From: Candidatus Latescibacterota bacterium
Lineage (GTDB): Bacteria > Latescibacterota > UBA2968 > UBA8231
DNA length: 64,000 nt
Assembly (NCBI GenBank): GCA_965248265.1
Contig: CBDFJF010000002.1
Span: forward strand, 2,464,001-2,528,000
Reading direction: 5' to 3'
Of this stretch, positions 20,727 to 30,049 are shown in pieces. Both the position numbers and the translations under genes were made by a program. Positions within the stretch are counted from its first letter, which is position 1. The number at the start of each line of letters is the position of its first letter. The notes under the pieces are model-generated. The model was given only the letters and a program-made list of their open reading frames with translations, was not told the origin of the DNA and did no database searches.

Positions 20727-22229
20727 ATGCCATCAGCCATGCGCATCGCTATTGGGAACATCGGTCACGAGTCGAGCAGTTTTACGCCTATCCCCACCAC
20801 CTACGAGCACTTCGTCGGGTCGAAGCGGGGTTTCTTTCGCGGTGAGGAGGTCATCGAGCGTCTGGAGGGTATGAACGTCGGCTGCGGCGGCTTCATTCGG
20901 GGGGCGCGCGAATACGGCTTCGACCTGGCTCCGCTGCTTTGGACCTTCTGCCAGCCGTCAAGCCCGCTGGAAGCGGACGGCTGGCGCCGTTTGAAGAAGG
21001 AGTTCCTCGATCGACTCCGCGAGGCAATGCCGGTGGACGGTGCTCTGTTCGATCTGCACGGGGCCATGGTGGTCGAAGATGTAGAGGATGCCGAGGGTGA
21101 CCTGTTGACAGGGGTGCGCGAGATTCTCGGCCCCGACCGTCCGGTCATCGTCACCCTGGACCTGCACGCCAACATCACGCAGCGCATGGTCGACATGACC
21201 CAGGTGCTGCTGCCCTGCGATCACAACCCGCACACAGACCTGGGCGAGCGTGGCTATGAGGCAGCCGGACTCATGGTGAGAACCCTGCGACAGGAGATTC
21301 GTCCGGTGATGGCCTGGCGGCAGCTGCCGATGTTCTGGGGTCGTGGGCAGATCTCGGGGCATCAACCTTTCGAAAGCGTCACCGAGCGGGCCCATTCCAT
21401 AGAGGCTCAACCCGGCATCCTCACCTGTTCGTACGCACCCGGTTTCCTGTGGGCGGACATCCACGACGCCGGTACATCAGTCGTGGTGGTGGCCGACGGT
21501 GACGAGCGGCTCGCGCGGCAACAGGTGAATGCCTTCGGCAACTGGATATACGCGCGTCGAGCTGAGTTTCAGGGTGATGCCGATGCATGGGAAGACGTGC
21601 TCGCGGAGAGCCGCGGGCGTGGCTCCTGGCCGGTCGTCATCGCCGATCAGCAGGACAACCCCGGGGGCGGATCGCCCGGGGATTCCACCGGAATCATCCG
21701 CGCCTTCATCGACGCCGGTCTCGAGGAGGCGCTGGTCGCCGTAATCTGGGATCCCGAGAGTGCGGCCTCCGCGCATGCGGCCGGAGTGGGAGCCGAGTTG
21801 ACGCTGGAGGTCGGCGGCAAGTCAGACCCGAAGCAGGGTCCACCTGTGTCCATGACGGCGACGGTGGAGCGACTCACCGACGGGGAGTACGTCAGCCGTG
21901 GTCCGATGTTCACGGGTGTGCGCCAGCAGATGGGAACCAGCGCCTTGCTGCGCACCGGCGGCGTTCGGATCATTGTCGTTTCCTTGCGCCATCAGGCGCT
22001 GGACGCCGAATGCCCCCGCAGCTTTGGCATCGATCCGACTCAGATGCAGTGGATCGGGGTGAAATCCTCCAATCACTTCCGCGCTTCCTATGAACTCTTC
22101 GCGGCGGCGATCTACCGGATGGCCTTCCCCTGCGTGCAACCCTACGATCCGAAACAACTGCCCTATCGCAACCTGCGCCGTCCGATCTGGCCTCTCGACG
22201 ACGAGGTGCCAGAACCGTTCGGGCATTGA
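20727..22229 (+). CDS. M81 family metallopeptidase (MlrC-like)
   Basis: HESSSF, DLHGAM, TLDLHAN, PHTD, DNPGGG and VKSSNHFRA motifs. Confidence 0.9.
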   Translation: MPSAMRIAIGNIGHESSSFTPIPTTYEHFVGSKRGFFRGEEVIERLEGMNVGCGGFIRGAREYGFDLAPLLWTFCQPSSPLEADGWRRLKKEFLDRLREAMPVDGALFDLHGAMVVEDVEDAEGDLLTGVREILGPDRPVIVTLDLHANITQRMVDMTQVLLPCDHNPHTDLGERGYEAAGLMVRTLRQEIRPVMAWRQLPMFWGRGQISGHQPFESVTERAHSIEAQPGILTCSYAPGFLWADIHDAGTSVVVVADGDERLARQQVNAFGNWIYARRAEFQGDADAWEDVLAESRGRGSWPVVIADQQDNPGGGSPGDSTGIIRAFIDAGLEEALVAVIWDPESAASAHAAGVGAELTLEVGGKSDPKQGPPVSMTATVERLTDGEYVSRGPMFTGVRQQMGTSALLRTGGVRIIVVSLRHQALDAECPRSFGIDPTQMQWIGVKSSNHFRASYELFAAAIYRMAFPCVQPYDPKQLPYRNLRRPIWPLDDEVPEPFGH

Positions 22230-22238
22230 GGAGTTGCT

Positions 22239-23468
22239 ATCCAACCGGTTAAATTCGCTGTCGTAGGCATCGGAGGATGGGGACGTGCGCACCTCCAATC
22301 CGTCGCCGATGTCGAAGCGCAGGGGATCGGGACTCTGGATGCGGTGGTCGTGATCGATCCAGAGAACCATCCCGAGAAGCTGGCGGAGTTCGACCAGCGC
22401 GGTGTGCGGGTTTTTCCCGACCTGGACGGGCTGCTGGTTGCCGGCGGCGTGGACGTCATCACACTGCCGATCGGCATTCATCATCACGTGCCGTTGAGCA
22501 TCCAGTGTCTGGAAGCGGGCTATCCGGTAATCGTGGAGAAGCCGCTGGCCGGCGCGATTCAGGAAGCCGACCGGCTGATCGAGGTGAGCAAGCGGACCGG
22601 AAAGACCGTCATCGTCGGGTACCAGCACCTCTACAGCAACACCATTCAGGCGCTGAAGGAGACCTTCGTCGAACACCGGCTCGGGGCGATCCGGACTATC
22701 GGTGTCAAGGCGGGGTGGCCGAGACCGGATTTCTACTACGCGCGCAACGTCTGGGCCGGCACCCTTCAGCGAGAAGGGATCTGGGTATTGGACAGCCCGG
22801 CCAACAACGCGCTATCACACTACCTGATGAACGTCCTCTATCTGTGCGGAGCGACACGCGACGGCGCCTGCGGGATCGAGACGGTGCAAGCGGAGTGTTA
22901 TCGGGCGCGTGAGATCGAAAGCCTGGATACGATCAGTTTTCGCGTGCAAACCGACGTCGGCGCCCTCGCCACGATAGCGATGTCCCACGTAACGCGGGAT
23001 AACTTCGGGCCGCTGATGGTGATCACCTGCGACAAAGGAACCGTTAACTGGTGGGACGGTGGCGCCACGATCGATCATGCGGACGGTTCGCAGGAACGGC
23101 TCGATGACGGAAGCGATCCTCTGCGGTCACTGTCGTTCGCCAATATGGCCAGCGTGATCCGTGACGGAGCCGCCCCTCTGTCGACCCCGGAGATCGCGCG
23201 GGTGCAGACGCTGTGTATCAACGGCGCCCACGAGAGCTGTCCCGAGATCCACGACATACCGGCTGCCGCGTACGAGGAGGTCGATACGGGCCGAGGCACT
23301 TTCCGCATCGTCGACGGCCTTGAAGAGTTGGTCCATCGCAGCGCCGATGAGGGAAAGCTATTCTCGGAGCTGGGCGTGTCCTGGGCGAAGCGAAACGACG
23401 CCTTCGACGTGACGGGATACAACCACTACCCGAGCACGGACAAGGTGGGTGATACAAAGGAACCCTAG
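22239..23468 (+). CDS. Gfo/Idh/MocA oxidoreductase
   Basis: Rossmann motif KFAVVGIGGWG lies upstream of the first canonical start; VEKPLA motif. Start inferred at ATC 22239 after GAGGAG. Confidence 0.85.
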   Translation: MQPVKFAVVGIGGWGRAHLQSVADVEAQGIGTLDAVVVIDPENHPEKLAEFDQRGVRVFPDLDGLLVAGGVDVITLPIGIHHHVPLSIQCLEAGYPVIVEKPLAGAIQEADRLIEVSKRTGKTVIVGYQHLYSNTIQALKETFVEHRLGAIRTIGVKAGWPRPDFYYARNVWAGTLQREGIWVLDSPANNALSHYLMNVLYLCGATRDGACGIETVQAECYRAREIESLDTISFRVQTDVGALATIAMSHVTRDNFGPLMVITCDKGTVNWWDGGATIDHADGSQERLDDGSDPLRSLSFANMASVIRDGAAPLSTPEIARVQTLCINGAHESCPEIHDIPAAAYEEVDTGRGTFRIVDGLEELVHRSADEGKLFSELGVSWAKRNDAFDVTGYNHYPSTDKVGDTKEP

Positions 23469-24637
23469 CCAGCTAGCCCGAGGCGACCCAGCATTGCGTC
23501 CATATTACGCCGCGAAGCGGAGGGGCTGAACAGATCCTCCCATTGTTTGCGGGCCGTCTCGCGCAACTCAGCGTGAAGCACGGCATCACCCAGAATGTGG
23601 CGCACGGCGGAAGCCAACGCCTCGATATCGCCGACCGGGACGACGATACCCGCGGGACCCACCGAATCGGCATTGCCGCCACGGTCAGTGGCAACCACGG
23701 GAACACGTGAGCCCAAGGCTTCACTGATGACGAGCGGCCCGCCCTCGAAACGCCGAGTCGGCATCAAGAACACGTCCGCTACGGCATACTGAAGCTGAAA
23801 TTGAGCGTAAGGGATATGGCCTAGCCATGTGACGTGACTCTCAAGGCCCAGGCGCGATGCCAGATTTTCGAGTGTCGACCGGTAGGGTCCGTCACCGACC
23901 AGGGTGACGTGGAACTGTATTCCTTCCCGGGCCAGCCGGCCGAGGGCCCTGAGCCCGTCCTGTATCCCTTTTTGCTTCACCAGAACCGCAGCCATCATCA
24001 CGTTGGGAACATTCGGTAGCGGGCGCGCCTGGACCTCCGGGATATCCACGGCGTTGCGGAACACCATGAGCTTCTCGGGATCGGCCCCGTGCCAGCGCCT
24101 CCAGAGGTCAAGCAAACGCGGGATGGCGCCGACGCAAAGATCGGCGGTGTTGACGATGCGCCGCTCCAGCCAACTGCGCCAGATCGCTTCCGGGAACTTG
24201 ATGGCCGGGAGCTTCAACCAATCGACGAACCCGGTCGCGTCCTGGCATTGATTCAGGAGGTTCTCCAGCTCAAAGCCATGGTTCCAGTATACCAGCGGTG
24301 GGCGTCCCTCTCTGGGAAGGTCGACCAACCCGATGGCGGCCATGCTCTCGGAAAGGACCAGATCGAAGGGCTCCTCACGATGGCGGCCATGGAAGACCCG
24401 GGCGGAGACCTTTGCGAAGCCGCGAGAAAGGATCCAGGGCTTGGCGCCCTCGACGAAGTGGACTGGACACTCCGGTTCCCAATGCTCTCCCCTATCTGGC
24501 AACAGCGGAGTCGTGAAGACTTCACACTTCCAGCCCTCAGCATGGAACAGTCGAATAAGCTGATCGAGATGGGTCTGCATCCCGCCCGGGCCATGGGCCA
24601 GGGTGCGGACACAAAAGAATGCTACCCGGCGTCCCAA
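23465..24637 (-). CDS. Glycosyltransferase family 4
   Basis: GPGGMQTH, KQKGIQ, EGGPLVISEA and VATDRGG. TTG start inferred, overlapping the upstream stop. Confidence 0.9.
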   Translation of the reverse strand: MGRRVAFFCVRTLAHGPGGMQTHLDQLIRLFHAEGWKCEVFTTPLLPDRGEHWEPECPVHFVEGAKPWILSRGFAKVSARVFHGRHREEPFDLVLSESMAAIGLVDLPREGRPPLVYWNHGFELENLLNQCQDATGFVDWLKLPAIKFPEAIWRSWLERRIVNTADLCVGAIPRLLDLWRRWHGADPEKLMVFRNAVDIPEVQARPLPNVPNVMMAAVLVKQKGIQDGLRALGRLAREGIQFHVTLVGDGPYRSTLENLASRLGLESHVTWLGHIPYAQFQLQYAVADVFLMPTRRFEGGPLVISEALGSRVPVVATDRGGNADSVGPAGIVVPVGDIEALASAVRHILGDAVLHAELRETARKQWEDLFSPSASRRNMDAMLGRLGLAG

Positions 24638-25629
24638 TACATCTTTCCATGTTCGCGGTAGTATTCGACCGTGCGCGCGATACCCTCGTCGATGGACACC
24701 TGAGGTTTCCAATCCAACCGGTCCTTGATCCGCGCGATATCCGAAATATAGTCGCCGGTCTCAACGAAATAGCGGTCTTTGGGCCACTCCACGAAGTCAA
24801 TACCGGTGCCGGCCGCGTCGGCGATCTTGGTGGCCATGTCCTTGAACGCCAATCCGGTCCCTGTGCCGAGGTTGAAGATATCGAACTCGATGTCCGACAC
24901 CGCCCCCAGCAACATGGCATCCGTGAGATCGTCGACGAATATGTAATCGCGCTGCTGCGTCCCCTCACCAAACACGGTCAACCGTTTCCCTTCGAGTGCC
25001 AGGCGGATGAACCAGTTGAGGATGCCGTACTTGCTGTGTTTCATCTGTTGGCGGGGGCCATACGGGTTGGCGATGCGGAAGATGATGGAGGAGATGTCGT
25101 GGTTCCGGTGGTAGAATTGATAGAACTTCTCGCCATTGAGTTTGTTGACGCCGTAGATGCTCAGGCAATTGAAGGGATGACGCTCGTCGACGGGATTGTA
25201 CTCGATGTCGCCGTAGACGAAACGCGAACTCGAGAAGATGAGTTTGGCGCTGGACGCATGTTCCCGGCAGGCCTCGAGCACCGTCAGGTGCCCCTTGGCG
25301 TTGATGTCGAGGTCGTTGAACGGGTCGAGATTGCTGTCGACGTAGCTGACCTGGGCCGCGAGGTTGAAGATGATGTCCTTGCCGTGCACGACCTGTTCGA
25401 CCATGGCACGGTTGCGGATATCGCCGTACACCATCTCGGTCTCATCGGCGTATTCGGCAAAATTGAACAGGTTCCCACCGTACAGCGGTGCCATGTTGTC
25501 GAGTACCGTGACCTCGGCCCCGGCGGCGCAGGCCTTGCGCACGATGGTCGAACCGATCATCCCGGCACCCCCGGTGACCAGGACTTTCTTTCCCGCGAGG
25601 CTCTTGAGACGATCCACGATGGCAGCCAT
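24622..25629 (-). CDS. NAD-dependent nucleotide-sugar epimerase/dehydratase
   Basis: VTGGAGMIG, SSS, YGVNK (YxxxK), NPYGP and RDYIFVDD. Confidence 0.93.
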   Translation of the reverse strand: MAAIVDRLKSLAGKKVLVTGGAGMIGSTIVRKACAAGAEVTVLDNMAPLYGGNLFNFAEYADETEMVYGDIRNRAMVEQVVHGKDIIFNLAAQVSYVDSNLDPFNDLDINAKGHLTVLEACREHASSAKLIFSSSRFVYGDIEYNPVDERHPFNCLSIYGVNKLNGEKFYQFYHRNHDISSIIFRIANPYGPRQQMKHSKYGILNWFIRLALEGKRLTVFGEGTQQRDYIFVDDLTDAMLLGAVSDIEFDIFNLGTGTGLAFKDMATKIADAAGTGIDFVEWPKDRYFVETGDYISDIARIKDRLDWKPQVSIDEGIARTVEYYREHGKMYWDAG

Positions 25630-25702
25630 GGTTCGAAATCTACGAAGACGACTCCGGCGCAGTCCAACAGGCCTCGGTGTGTCGCGTCAGCGCTTGGATG
25701 AT

Positions 25703-26773
25703 TCAGAAACCGACGCGAAAGGTGAAGGTGCTGAGCGGGTCGAAGAAGTCGACGGTGGTGTAGGCGTAGTCAACCTCCACGTCCTCCAACCCTCCCAGAT
25801 CTAACTTCAGTCCAAAGCCGAAGCTGGTGCCGAAAATGTGGGTGTTGCTGGCCCCGTCGTCGGCGTAGTCAATGCCGCCGCGGGTGGCGAAGAAATCCCG
25901 GTAGACGTATTCACTGCCGAACTTCCATTGATCGGGGGCGAAATTGTGGTGCTGGAACACGCCGAAATACCTGGCCTTGCCCACTGCGGCGGGACTGTGG
26001 GCGTAGCCCAGGCCGATCTCAAATGTTGAGGGCGGGTCGGCGGAACTGGTTTCGATTCCGTAAACGGATGAGGGGCGGCGCAGGCCATCGAGGCTGCCGG
26101 GACGCAGCAAGGCGGAACCATCGTAACGCAGCCGCGAGCCGATGTGTTTGATGGCCACTCCCAGGTCGAGGCCGCCGATGTCGCCTAAGTCCTCGTATTG
26201 CAGGCCGGCGTTGAAGGAGACGCCGGCAGCGGAGACGCGTTCGATGCGGTTGGAGATATAGTGGAGAGTGCCACCCAGGACGATGCGGTCTGACAAGGAG
26301 CGGGCCCAGGTCAGGCCAGTGGTCAGGAAGGTCGGCGAATACGTGGCCCCGGTGCCGTCGGGCTGACTCGAAGTGGTGATCGGAATGTCCCCGAAGTCGA
26401 GTGCTTTGAGACTGAGCGCCAGCGAACCCAGGCGCTCGAAGTGGCTGCTGACGGCCACGTAGTTGACCCGGATGCCGGCCAGGTAGGACATGGTTGAGAA
26501 CAACAGCTGAGCCTCGGAACGCCCCCGAGCCAGGCCGGCGGGATTCCAGTGGAGGGCGCCGATGCCTGCGCTTGAGGCGATGGCGGCTCCGCTCATTGCC
26601 ATGTCGCGGGCGCCCACTGGAATCAGCAGTTCGGGTGCGGCTGCCGTACCGGCGCGTTCCTGACCTCCAGCTACAAGGTGGTCCGTGTAGATGAGGCTTA
26701 CCATCAGCATGGTGATCAGCAAGGGCACGGGTCTGAGCCGGTGCTCCACGAGGTATTTCTTCAGGGCGCTCAT
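25703..26773 (-). CDS. porV: PorV/PorQ family outer-membrane beta-barrel
   Basis: GTAAAPELLIPVGARDMAMSGA...WNPAGLA N-terminal signature, VDYAY and terminal Phe. Confidence 0.85.
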   Translation of the reverse strand: MSALKKYLVEHRLRPVPLLITMLMVSLIYTDHLVAGGQERAGTAAAPELLIPVGARDMAMSGAAIASSAGIGALHWNPAGLARGRSEAQLLFSTMSYLAGIRVNYVAVSSHFERLGSLALSLKALDFGDIPITTSSQPDGTGATYSPTFLTTGLTWARSLSDRIVLGGTLHYISNRIERVSAAGVSFNAGLQYEDLGDIGGLDLGVAIKHIGSRLRYDGSALLRPGSLDGLRRPSSVYGIETSSADPPSTFEIGLGYAHSPAAVGKARYFGVFQHHNFAPDQWKFGSEYVYRDFFATRGGIDYADDGASNTHIFGTSFGFGLKLDLGGLEDVEVDYAYTTVDFFDPLSTFTFRVGF

Positions 26774-26776
26774 GGC

Positions 26777-29700
26777 TCAGAAATTTTCCAGGAACTGCTG
26801 TTCCTGGATGACGGCCAGTTTCAGAATCTGGGCGACGCCGATTTCCGGCATCTCGATATGGGCGATGTAGAAGCCGCTGGCGACCGGCAAGGCGTTGTCG
26901 TTGTTGAGATCCCACTGGAAGAATGGGTCGGGGTCATCCTTATGCAGGATGCGCACGAGGTTGCCCGACAGATCGAAGAGGCGGATGACCGCCCTGGACG
27001 GCAGGTGATTGAAGGTGACGAAGCGTTTGTGGCGGCTGGTTTCAGCCTCGTTGACGCCGTAGTAGGGATTGGGGAAGACGTTGACCTTGCTGACGTCCTG
27101 GCGGGCGCGTTCGGCAGAGAAGGTCGCGGCGGCGGTGGTGTATTGGAACTCATCCTCGCCCGGTACAATCGAACTGGCATACCTCAGGCGCACGACGTCT
27201 CCTGTTGACCAGATCGATTCTCTGCCCTGCCTGAAAAAGAGTAGCCACGTGGTACTCGAATCAGTCAGGGAGTGGATACGTTCAGGATCGTAATCGGTGG
27301 CGATAACGGTGATGTAGTCTCGCCCATTCATGTTATAGGTCTGGTGATAGGCTTCCCTGCCTTCGTCACGCGAGCCGTCAGCCCCGCGGTCGTATATGGC
27401 GCTGTTGAGTTGCCGCGGGTGTGCCGAATCCTCCACGTCCCAGATCTCGAAGGGAACTCGCTGCAGAAAGGGGCCGCTTGCTGGGCTGCTGGGTGGGCGC
27501 AACGGATGGGCGTCGAGGCTACGCTCGGCCGAACCGGGATCGACACCGGCGAGAGACGCAAAAGAACCACCGGCGATGATGTGGGTCGCATCCTCATCCC
27601 ACACCCCGGTGAAGCGAATCTCCAGATCGCGTCCCAGCAGCAGGGGATCGTCAGTGCCGCCGTCCTCCCAGAAGGAGGCGGCGCGGCCGTCTGCCAGGTC
27701 GAAGACGGTGGCATCGCCCCAGAAATCGAGATCACCGTCGGCCGGGTCTGCGTCGACGACGACGGTGACGCTGTCAAAGGTGGCAGGAGCCGTGAAGACA
27801 GGATCGCCCACCTTGAGCTGGACGCCGTCGACGGCCAGATAACGTTCGTCCAGGGAGACATTGCCCTGGTCTTCAAGCACTCGCACTCCGTCGCGCGCCA
27901 GATTCCAGGAACCGTCGTCGTTGAAGGTGATGGTGTAAGTCGCCTCGATAAGCTGGTCGGGATCGACGACGATGGGCTGCACTACAACGTCACCAAAACC
28001 ACGGGTATGGATGACCGGCAAGTGGGCGTCGAAGTCCGCGGCGCGCTCGAACCCCGGCGGCGGGCCCTGCGGGACAATCATGATGGACTGAGGTGCCGAT
28101 TCAAGTGAAGTGATCAGCGCTTCCGGATCGGAGTTGTGGCTGTAGGCGGTGACGCCGAAGTAATAGGGCTGGCCATTGTACAAAGGCGTGTTGCGCATGG
28201 CGTCGCGGGTGATGCGAGCGATCCAGCGCAGGCCCGAGTCGCGGCCAATCTGCAACGGTGCGTTCACGGTCACGCCCGAGGCTTCATCCAGCTGGGGACC
28301 CAGGATGGTCGTGACCTCATCGACGACGTCGTAGGTGGCCAGTTTGGTTGCCTGGGCGAGATCGGCGCTGGTGCTCGGGAACTGGTAGACGTTGTAGCCC
28401 TGGAAGCCAAACGGCGGCGTTACCCCTTCCTCGGTGGCGAAAACGGCATCGGGGTCGTGGCCCCAGTCAAGGATGATGGTCTGGTCTTCGGTCCCCACAC
28501 GCACATTGGGCGGTGCGGGCGGAGCAGTCACGTCGAATCCGCGATCGTAGGCGTCCTGGACGAAGCGGTCGTTGTACTTGAGCCGGCTAATGCTGCGCAG
28601 GCGGTCGGCGCCCAGGGCTCCGAGCAGAGCGACCACCACTTCCTGGGTGTCCCCCAGCGCCATGGCGACCGGGCCGGCGCTCAGGACGATGCGCCGGTCG
28701 CCGGGTGGCAGGGGAATGCCATCGGTCCAGCCACTGTCGAGCAGCGGGTCTCCGTCGAGGGTGAACGCGGTGTCCTCACCCGTGAGGGGATTGGTGTAGG
28801 GCACTGGGTTGTCGACGTCGGGTTGCGGCTGAAAGCCGCGCAATAGATTGTACCATTCTTCCGTTCCGACATAGGAGCCCACCTCGGGGTCGTCGATGGC
28901 ACTGCCGGAGGCGAAGTAGACGAAAGAGGACATCGGCAGATTGCGGTAACCGGGGCGCGGGCGGAAGCCGAAGAGGGCCTCTCCGGCAGGGTCCGGCACG
29001 ATGGGTCCCTGGAGGAAGTCGTAACCCACGGCTGGCGGCGGCAGCTCAAAGGCCTGGTAGCGGGGATCCTCCTCTTCGGCGTTGTAGCCGTAGGCCAGGC
29101 TCAGCGAGGTGTCGACGCCGGCGAAGTCATTGCTGAAGCTGCCGATATCGGTGTCTGCCCATTGGGCGAAGTAGAGGTCATCGATGCGCGCATCGTCCGG
29201 TGTATCGGATGTACCCTTGTAGACAATGGTGAATTTTTTGAAGAGAGTATCGCCCAGGGGACCGGTGCGGGCGTAAGCCCACAGCGTCACCTGCACCTCC
29301 ATGCCGATGGGGCGAGAGCCGTAGAGCGAAGTGGTGGCGCCCTCGTCCAGGTCGTTGATGGCGAAGAAGGCTACCTGGTCGGCACGGCTGGCGCACAGCT
29401 CGGGTGTCAGCAGACAATCGGCGGAGCGGAAAGAGGGTTCGTCGATTTGCGGGTCGTAGAGGCCATCCCCATCGCGATCGTAGTAAGGGGCGCCCCACTC
29501 CCACGGCCACTCCAGCCAATCTCTCTCGTACTGGTCGCGAACCCTTTCGACGTCAGCCTCCGAGACATCGTCCTGTCCCAGCAATTCGGCGGCGTCCAGG
29601 CGTAGATCGGCGCGACGGTAATCGTGCCGGATTCGGTAGATACGGTTGAGCGGGTCGTCGGGATCCTGAGCCATGCCACGGGAGAGGATGCGCCCGGGTA

Positions 29701-30049
29701 CCGTACCGATGCGGTGGGTCTGGCCGCCGACACGCACCTGCTGGGGATTTCCGTCAAAGACGCGTCCGCCCCAGATCAGACCGTCCTGAAAGACAATCTG
29801 CGACGTCGAGCGCGGAAAGGTGGTACCGGGGTTGTCCGTCAACGGGTTGTGAGCCGAGAAGCCGTCACGGGCGAACCACATGGAGATATTGTTGATGTTG
29901 ATCAGGGCGCGCCGGCCCAATCCCAGGTCCTGCTGGGTACTCTTGGCGGCGCTGCCGAGAGCGGCCTGTGAACGACCGTCCGCCGCAGAAGTGCTGAGGG
30001 TGAGCGTCAGGACGATGGTCGTCAAGCATGGCAGAAGTCCGCTCCTCAT
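26777..30049 (-). CDS. Large secreted protein with T9SS-type C-terminal domain
   Basis: Signal peptide and ININNISMW...GLIWGG start. Fn3-like segment (PPAPPNV...FQGYNVY...YYFGVTAY). C-terminal VNVFPNPYY...WDL...VASGFYI...KLAVIQ. Confidence 0.85.
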   Translation of the reverse strand: MRSGLLPCLTTIVLTLTLSTSAADGRSQAALGSAAKSTQQDLGLGRRALININNISMWFARDGFSAHNPLTDNPGTTFPRSTSQIVFQDGLIWGGRVFDGNPQQVRVGGQTHRIGTVPGRILSRGMAQDPDDPLNRIYRIRHDYRRADLRLDAAELLGQDDVSEADVERVRDQYERDWLEWPWEWGAPYYDRDGDGLYDPQIDEPSFRSADCLLTPELCASRADQVAFFAINDLDEGATTSLYGSRPIGMEVQVTLWAYARTGPLGDTLFKKFTIVYKGTSDTPDDARIDDLYFAQWADTDIGSFSNDFAGVDTSLSLAYGYNAEEEDPRYQAFELPPPAVGYDFLQGPIVPDPAGEALFGFRPRPGYRNLPMSSFVYFASGSAIDDPEVGSYVGTEEWYNLLRGFQPQPDVDNPVPYTNPLTGEDTAFTLDGDPLLDSGWTDGIPLPPGDRRIVLSAGPVAMALGDTQEVVVALLGALGADRLRSISRLKYNDRFVQDAYDRGFDVTAPPAPPNVRVGTEDQTIILDWGHDPDAVFATEEGVTPPFGFQGYNVYQFPSTSADLAQATKLATYDVVDEVTTILGPQLDEASGVTVNAPLQIGRDSGLRWIARITRDAMRNTPLYNGQPYYFGVTAYSHNSDPEALITSLESAPQSIMIVPQGPPPGFERAADFDAHLPVIHTRGFGDVVVQPIVVDPDQLIEATYTITFNDDGSWNLARDGVRVLEDQGNVSLDERYLAVDGVQLKVGDPVFTAPATFDSVTVVVDADPADGDLDFWGDATVFDLADGRAASFWEDGGTDDPLLLGRDLEIRFTGVWDEDATHIIAGGSFASLAGVDPGSAERSLDAHPLRPPSSPASGPFLQRVPFEIWDVEDSAHPRQLNSAIYDRGADGSRDEGREAYHQTYNMNGRDYITVIATDYDPERIHSLTDSSTTWLLFFRQGRESIWSTGDVVRLRYASSIVPGEDEFQYTTAAATFSAERARQDVSKVNVFPNPYYGVNEAETSRHKRFVTFNHLPSRAVIRLFDLSGNLVRILHKDDPDPFFQWDLNNDNALPVASGFYIAHIEMPEIGVAQILKLAVIQEQQFLENF

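Noticed and set aside
22227-22229. Selenocysteine read-through at the MlrC TGA
   Set aside because: The position is an inter-domain boundary rather than a catalytic Cys site, and an RBS overlaps it.
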